From positions 15,500,001 through 15,564,000 of the forward strand of contig OZ024752.1 of assembly GCA_964016885.1 (NCBI GenBank): a DNA stretch of 64,000 nt, given 5' to 3'. Each line of letters begins with the position of its first letter. Within the stretch, counting starts at the first letter, position 1. This DNA is from Eledone cirrhosa. Lineage: Eukaryota. The position numbers were made by a program, and so were the translations under genes. The notes beneath the pieces were generated by a model. It saw only the letters and a list, made by a program, of their open reading frames with translations. It was not told where the DNA came from and ran no database searches. Shown in pieces: positions 49,009 to 64,000 of the stretch.

Positions 49009-49554
49009 GAAAATGTGCAAGAAACAAGGAAATTTCCCGATCGTCAGCTGCCTTTTGTGGATCACTGATGTTAGTATTAACACTTTCCTCTTTCCCCCCT
49101 CTCCTCCGATTTCTAATAAACGTTCATGTATTGCCCCCTCGTCTTTTCCTCTTTCTCTGTCGGTATGGCTCTCTTTTTTGGTTTGTTTTGTCGTTCTCTT
49201 CGGTATCGTCGGATGTGTCTCTTCCCGCATAGCCATTCATTTTAGCTCTCATCGCACTGCGGTGAGATGTATGACTTTAATGCGTTCGAAACATCAGTGA
49301 TCCACAGTAGACAGCTGATAACCGAGACTTGTCCATGAGGTTTGTGTTTCTCACACGTTTTCTAAATAATATTTAATAGGAACCACAAGGTTTGTCTAAT
49401 ATATATATATATATATATATATTTAATATAAAAATGGCTTCCACTGGACTAGAACTGTTTCCTTCATGTAGAAAGCATTTCTATATTAAATATTGTATAC
49501 ACTCTACTTTGAATTGAGTACCTTACTTACTGCGGTTACCCCCCGATTGAACGC

Positions 49555-49619
<65 letters not shown>

Positions 49620-49747
49620 AAAGTTATATTTAAAATTGTTGGGTTACAACTAGTAAATATTTATAACTGATATAAAAGCACTCGACAAATATTTGGAGTA
49701 TATTTACAATATTAAATAAATGGAAACTATATTTATAAAACCATATT

Positions 49748-49813
49748 TATTTCATTATATATATTTCGGGGATATCATATTAATAATATGCTATGCCTTC
49801 CTCAGACAAAATA
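49748..49813 (-). ncRNA. Type I hammerhead motif (family B relative, element 49618-49905)
   Basis: Minus strand TATTTTGT-CTGAGGA-stem II-GAAA-T-ATAT-A-TA-ATGAAATA. Flanks are homologous to 4964-5160. Confidence 0.78.
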
Positions 49814-49902
49814 CAATATAAACAGTTTTATAGATAAATAGATTCGACATACCGTTATAACACCGACTTGCATTTGAAGAGGTTAAACTGGCAGAGGTTA
49901 AA

Positions 49903-49955
<53 letters not shown>

Positions 49956-49970
49956 TATAGCATCATATAT

Positions 49971-50030
49971 TATTTCATTATATATATTTCTAAGATACTA
50001 ATTTATAGTATACTTTCATCAGATGAAACA
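49971..50030 (-). ncRNA. Type I hammerhead motif (family B relative) with inverted half copy at 50107-50167
   Basis: Minus strand TGTTTCAT-CTGATGA-AAGtATACTA-taaat-TAGTATCTT-a-GAAA-T-ATAT-A-TA-ATGAAATA. Confidence 0.78.
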
Positions 50031-50198
50031 CAATATTTGATGTATAAGATAGTGACATAAAAAAAAAAAATAGACCTTATACGGTCAACTTCAAATAGGA
50101 CATGCATACTAGAAATAAGTATCCTAGAAATATATATAATGAAATAAACAGGATGCTATAGTGATATATTTTCCACATGTATTACTATTATTATTATA

Positions 50199-50391
50199 GG
50201 GCGGTGGATTGGCAGTATCGGTAGAGGGTCGGACGCCATGCTTTCCAGCATAGTTACGTCTCTTTACGGACTGAGTTCAAATCCCGCCGAGGTTAACTTT
50301 GCCTTTCATCCTTACGGGGTCGATAAAATAAAGTACCAGTAATACACTGGGATAATTGCTGGCTTTGTGCCAAAAAGTGGAAACAATTATT
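50199..50391 (+). mobile_element. SINE S1
   Basis: Family match with A and B boxes. Confidence 0.92.
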
Positions 50392-50488
50392 ATTGTAATA
50401 CTCCAGATGAAATTTAATTGTAGAGTGCTTCATATCTGTTATAAACAAAACACTGTTGAATACCTATCAACAAACCATATAACTCATT

Positions 50489-50533
<45 letters not shown>

Positions 50534-50544
50534 TATATATACAC

Positions 50545-50621
<77 letters not shown>

Positions 50622-50623
50622 CT

Positions 50624-50655
<32 letters not shown>

Positions 50656-50730
50656 TATATATATATACACACATATATATATATACACACATATATATAT
50701 TTATATATATACAGATATATATATATACAC

Positions 50731-50799
<69 letters not shown>

Positions 50800-50839
50800 T
50801 ATATATATATATACACACACACATATATATATATATATA

Positions 50840-50893
<54 letters not shown>

Positions 50894-51245
50894 TATATAT
50901 ATATGTATATATAAACTCCTATGCTATTTGCAGTATTAGCAATATGTGGAAAAGCGTTGATAAATACGAATGAAGGTCCACAGAATTAAATGTTCCCAGG
51001 GCTTGTCCTTCACTATTAAAATGTGCCTTCATATTTTAATCGAATCATATTACAAGTATACTCAATACAGCTGGTCTTTCACTAAACATGAAATATTAAT
51101 CAATCAAAGTTTATGAGAGAAAATACATTGTATCATTTATTACGTGTCATATAGTGCTATTTCCTGTTATAACTTCAGTATTTCACTTTCTGCTCACAAT
51201 ATCAGTTTATGTATGTATTCATATAAATATAAATAAATAAATAAA

Positions 51246-51302
<57 letters not shown>

Positions 51303-51381
51303 TTATTTATTTATTTATATTCATATGAATACATACATAAAATGATATTGTGAGCAGAAAGTGAAATACTGAAGTTATAAC

Positions 51382-54366
<2,985 letters not shown>

Positions 54367-54404
54367 TGTTTATACACACACATATGCATATATATATATA
54401 TATA

Positions 54405-58420
<4,016 letters not shown>

Positions 58421-58580
58421 ATATATATTAAAATAACAGATTAAAGTTTAAGCAAAGAATCGCTGCTTTCACCCTTAACGGAATCTTCTGAAACTCATAT
58501 ATATATAGAGAGAGAAAGTGTTTGTACACACACACATATATATATAGAATGTGTTCATATAAGTAATTATATAGAATGTG

Positions 58581-58614
<34 letters not shown>

Positions 58615-58619
<5 letters not shown>

Positions 58620-58790
58620 GGAAAAATGAAACGAAATTTCATTTCCCACTCTTAGTACGGCTGTTACTTAAATATAAGTATGTACACGTACATACATATA
58701 TGTATACAGACGTACAGTAGTATGTATATATATACATACTACTGTACCTCTGTATACATATATGTATGTACGTGTACATACTTATATATA
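58615..58790 (-). mobile_element. Family C partial copy
   Basis: Reverse complement of about 23030-23146, with an internal duplication. Confidence 0.75.
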
Positions 58791-58802
58791 TATATAGAAT
58801 GT

Positions 58803-58849
<47 letters not shown>

Positions 58850-58858
58850 TCACACACC

Positions 58859-58931
<73 letters not shown>

Positions 58932-58961
58932 TGTTCATATATATATATATAGAATGTGTTT

Positions 58962-58998
<37 letters not shown>

Positions 58999-59042
58999 CA
59001 TGAATGCATTCTATATGTGTAAATATATATATGGACACTATG

Positions 59043-59075
<33 letters not shown>

Positions 59076-60157
59076 GGGGGAGCGAGAGACAGGAAATTAC
59101 AACATTTTTTCTATCTACTCCGTAATTGTAAGCCTTGGAACCTATATAACTACCACCGGATCTACCAATTGGAATAATTCGTACGTTGAGTAAACACTAC
59201 TCTATGCGGTCATTGATTCTTGTTCAACAATTACTAATTTAATTCATAACACTAACCGAATTGAATAATTATATATATATGGTTTTCAAGACATTTTATA
59301 TTAGACTTATATATGGATGTAAAAAGCACCAGGAAATATGAACCTTGGTCATTCTCTAAATTTTAGTTTCTGATGATGGTCATCTTATTCCGTGTACTGT
59401 TCAGACTATATCAAAATGAAATTACACTGCTTTATAAAATCTATTGATAAAGGAAAATAATATCTAATAGATGTTATTAGTTATTGAAATGACATAGCGC
59501 AGTAACCTTTAAAAAAATCTCCTGCGACATTCACCTAGAGATCGGAAAAAGATAATTACAATCGGATATCCATTCCTTCTCTCAATTGATTTTCGATAAG
59601 GATATATGGTTGCCTGGTATAATTTCACAAGCTTATAAAAATGGAAATCAAAATCAAACAAAGGATGTATACGTCACCCTTCATCTTCCATGGTTTTGCC
59701 ATTTTCCTATCTATTTCTATTTCAATCATACATCTTATCTTAAGGGAGAATGGTAATTCTCAATTTATTACGTTTTGTACACTCGATACAGATATTAAGT
59801 GGAACATGCTGTTATTTCGATTAATAAAATCGATAATAGACGACAAGATATGTCACTGAACGGAATAAAATATAAATTCTTCTCAACTTAACTATACAAA
59901 TCATCAAGAGAATATATATTATCTCAATATATTGGGATATCATAATTTTTACAATATCGATTTTGCCTTTTAACACAGTTATTCTTACGATGAAATAAGT
60001 ACCTGTAAAATAATAAAGTGTGTCTGAACAAGTTGTGTTAGAGGAATAGTCTTGAGTTTAAATTAGAAATTGGTATCTTTAAAACTCCGATGGCCATGAA
60101 ATAGTGTTTGAATGAATATAGTTCTCATACGGCAGCATCTTATGACGCTCATATGAA

Positions 60158-60990
60158 GGGCAATGGATTCACAGCATCGGTAGAACGTCGAGCAATATGC
60201 TTTGTGGCATAGATTGCGACCCTATTCTTTCTGAGTTAAATTCCCGCAGAGATCAGCTTTGCTATCCATCTTTACGGGGTCGATAAAATAATTGTTTCTA
60301 CGTTAGGCACAAGGCCAGCAATTACCCAGTGCATGACTGGTACTTTATTTTATCGACCCCGTAAGGATGAAAGGCAAAGTCAACCTCGGCGGGATTTGAA
60401 CTCAGATCGTAAAGGGACGTAACTATGCTGGAAAGCATGGCGTCCGACCCTCTACCGATACTGCCAATCCAAAAGTAATGTACCGGTAACATAGTCAGGT
60501 GGATTCAATCGATTTTTCCCTTTCTTAATATTGTTGAACTTGTGTCTCTAGTAGAAATCATTATTACACTAATATATAACGGGCGGTGGATTGGCAGTAT
60601 CGGTAGAGGGTCGGACGCCATGCTTTCCAGCATAGTTACGTCCCTTTACGATCTGAGTTCAAATCCCAGCGAGGTTGACTTTGCCTTTCATCCTTACGGG
60701 GTCGATAAAATAAAGTACCAGTAATGAACTAGGTAATTGCTGGCCTTGTGCCTAAAGTAGAAACAATTATTACACTAATATTTGGGCGGGGGATTAACAC
60801 TATTGGTAGACCGTTGACCACAATGCTACGCGATATTTAGCTACAGCACTTTACGTTCTGATTTCAAATCCTGCTTTGGTCAGCTTTGTCTATTATCATT
60901 CCGTGGTCGATAAAGCAACAATAAAAGTGCAATAACGTACCAGTCAAATAATGGCGTTCATTGAAATACTACCCTTGCGCCCAAAATATA
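60158..60990. mobile_element. Cluster of four S1-type SINEs (old +, young - at 60288-60470, young + at 60581-60770, old +)
   Basis: A/B boxes and the central domain recur four times. Confidence 0.88.
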
Positions 60991-61171
60991 ACAACCATGA
61001 TTACCGTAATGTTGGTCGGTGATTGGTAGGTTTGTTAAAGTGTCTGGAAATCACTTAGCAGCATCCGTACCAGATTTATAATTTCCGTGTTTAAATCACA
61101 CGAAGCTTAACATTTTTATCATTTTTCATTTCATAGAAATTTGAGCGAATTACGTTCGTCACACACTGTGT

Positions 61172-61207
<36 letters not shown>

Positions 61208-62213
61208 TAATGTATGTGTGTGTATGCATGTATGTGTGTGTGTAAAAAGAAGATGGGGAAAAAATCTATAGCAAAACAGCGTTTGGCGTTCCATTCGTTA
61301 CGCTGTGCCTGTGTGTGTTTGCATAAGTATATGTGAGTATGTGTTTGTGCAAATGTATTCCTGTGAATATATGTCTGTGAATGTGTATGTTTGTAAACGT
61401 GTCTGTGTCTGCGTGTTATATTTATATACACATACATATAAATGTTTCACAAACTACTAAGCGTCAATGTGATGAACATTTTTTTCTAGTTAATGTAAAA
61501 ATTCCTAACCTTTTAATTCAAATGTTCTATTGAATAAAACTAAATATCTGATATCACATCCTTAGATAATTAAAGTAAATGTTAAACATGTAACATAAAT
61601 AATTAAGTCATAAATGTAATAAATTGGCAGACATTGCCCTTTAAACGATTGATGTGAATTATACTTTAAAAAAAGGCCAGTGGCTCTGTGAATTTATGTC
61701 ATAAGTTACTTATTAGATGTGATGAGAATACAATTTAATGTGTTTATATGAATAATATTTTATTTTATCATGTGATGACTGCAATTTAGAATATATCTCT
61801 CGTATTTAGTATTTTTCCCATTCTACACCTATTAAACTTTTCTATAACTTAGCAATACCAATGAGAGGGTTGGTGATTGTGGGAATGGAGTAGTAGGCAG
61901 AAATTGTTTTTATATATTTATTTCCTTATTTTTATTATGTTTTTTTTTACTCCCTTTCGATTTACCTATTCTTTCAACTCCCACCCCCTGCTCTTCTCCA
62001 GTAAACTTTTTTCGACCTTCTATACACTATCCTTAGAACCTGCTGTATAGATTTCACTTTAACGCTTGACTGGGTTTCCCCCACTCCCTCTTTGTTCTAC
62101 CTCAAGTTCAGCCACCCCTACCCCCACAAATTGCCATGATAGATTTATCTGACTTTACAACACATTTTTGACCAATCCCCTTGACAATTACTATCTTACC
62201 ATATAAGGAAATT

Positions 62214-62398
62214 CTCCCTGAGAAGTTCGGCCATTTATTTACCAGGCTAAAAATTCTTATTTAGTCCAGAAATAGCCGTCGAAACGGCTTGAGCTCTGCC
62301 GTCGGGGTCATACTTGTTCCTATTACCCACTCTACTACCCTAAGTATTGAGTACTTTGGTGCGTTATGGTCCATATGGTTCCTTACCACAATTCCATC
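62214..62398 (+). mobile_element. Family A copy with a complete but degenerate hammerhead (62214-62307)
   Basis: CTCC-CTGAGAA-..CGGC[long hairpin]GCCG..-GAAACGGC-loop-GCCGTC-GGGG. Confidence 0.7.
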
Positions 62399-62414
62399 AT
62401 ATTTATATATATAT

Positions 62415-62450
62415 ACTAGCCGAATTACCCGCGTCTTACTGCGTTTCACA
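62415..62450 (-). mobile_element. Probable Helitron 3' end
   Basis: Minus strand CGCAGTAAGACGCGGG (weak hairpin), then TAATTCGG-CTAG followed by T of a TA run. Confidence 0.45.
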
Positions 62451-63237
62451 CATTTTTTTTTTTAAAGAAAATTATGATTGATTTTAAATCAGTGATATAT
62501 GTTAGACACGCATTGAATAACAACAGAATGTTTTAAGTCTGCGTGTTCTGATCTTCTGACATATATGCGTAGCTTGTGAAAAAAATATTCAAGGGGTTCG
62601 CTGGTCGTGGTGATCCCTCCCAAACATATTTTGTAATGTATCGTCTTATTGGCTAATCAACCAATGAGACTAATTGTTGCTCAAAATCACCCGCCACTTT
62701 GTTTGCACGTTTATTTATCGTTTAGCTTTCGAATCTTCCTCCTGTATTTCGTCGTTTATCATCCACATATTTTTCTCGTTTTGGTAAGTTATATTGTTAA
62801 TTTATATATGATTTTTTAAATTTATATTAACTATTTTTTTTTCAGTTCGTTATAACATGCTTATAATATTGGTTGTATCATATTTACTTGTATATTTGTC
62901 CATATCATTGTTCGTTTTATGTTAAATTATTTTTTTTTATTGTTATAGACTATTTGTATGTAATATTTAATTTTTATTAATTCAACTATAACAATTATTA
63001 TGTAAAATATATTTATTTAATATTGATTGTTTTAATATTGATTTATTTAATATTGTTGTTTATATTAAAAGTCTGAAAATATATTTATACATCTTACAAT
63101 AATATTTATAAGATCATTAATAAAATAACAATTATATAATCTAATTACATTACAACCATAATGTATTACTAATATATATCATGTTTAACTAGAGTTATTA
63201 CAAGCGTTGCCTTAAACAAATATTAAACTAGACCTGA

Positions 63238-63604
63238 GAGCCACAGAATGTTATAATAAACCTCAAAACTGTGGGACTAGACTTGTTGCTCAAAAATATT
63301 GTAATCATTATCTATCGTACACTCTGTGGCATCCTTTTATAAAAAAGAGACGACACGATAATTATTTAAGTGAATTTATAATATAGAATTCGGTTTAAGT
63401 GCATTTCGTATTAATCATTACTAAACATCTAATATGAGATATTGAATATTAGCTTAAATAATTATCATGTCGTCTTGAGTTCGTTATGAGTTTCGTTTTT
63501 ATAAAAGGATGCCACAGAGTCTAGGATCGATAATGATTACAATATTTTTTAGCAACAACTCTAGTTCCACACTTTTGAAGGTTTATTATAACATGCTGTG
63601 GCTC
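63238..63604. repeat. Diverged inverted repeat, ~130-150-bp arms
   Basis: GAGCCACAG..TTATAATAAACC...CTCTGTGGCATCCTTTTATAAAAA is inverted at 63452-63604. Confidence 0.8.
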
Positions 63605-64000
63605 TTTTGAGCTTGCGCATTTTTCAGTTCTAGTAATTTATGGAGAAAAACTCTGCATTTCAATGTAAAATGTAATGCATGAAAAATTGGAAAACATTAT
63701 TTTTTGTAATATATCAAATCAAAATTACCTTATTAAATCTTATTCTTATTTTGTTTCTTGTAAATAATTTTTTTTTTTAAATGTTAATTCAAAACCAGCC
63801 TAATATATGTATTCCCTTATAAACTGATAAAAGATATGAATATATTTAATCGATTGTCAATTTATTGGGTCTCGTCAGAATATACCTATATCAGTTAAGT
63901 AAGCACACGGTGATACGTAATCTCTGAGATTATAATCCATAGTAATTATAATAGCATTACTGAATTGAACGCATTAACTTACAATTAGCTTACTATATTA

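Noticed and set aside
59364-59430. CTGATGA...GAAA as a hammerhead
   Set aside because: No convincing stem I/III or NUH site.

Overview
AT-rich, repeat-saturated animal DNA. The tRNA-headed SINE family, RTE 3' tails and very long (TA)n arrays suggest an octopod cephalopod (inference). I recognise no host protein-coding exon, and nearly all long ORFs in the track are (TA)n/(CA)n artefacts. The coding remnants are retroelements: a near-full-length mutated RTE LINE (43.5-47.2 kb), CR1/Jockey-group pieces (6.2-9.2 and 29.2-30.5 kb), CRE-like and L1/Tx1-like scraps, and about ten Penelope-like element (PLE) fragments of several clades. There are also tRNA-derived SINEs, two hAT MITEs with TSDs, a probable Helitron end and a minisatellite. 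The main signal is a dense set of type I hammerhead ribozyme (HHR) motifs on both strands. By eye I count about 16 with an intact or near-intact core (stem I-CUGANGA-stem II-GAAA-short palindromic stem III-NUH-stem I) and about ten degenerate or half copies. Many sit in short non-coding islands inside (TA)n arrays. These islands occur as fold-back palindromes, as a direct-repeat retrozyme-like element (predicted 1359-nt monomer) and as circularly permuted copies. This points to a population of microsatellite-targeted, HHR-bearing non-autonomous PLE derivatives. All structures were read by eye and none was computed.
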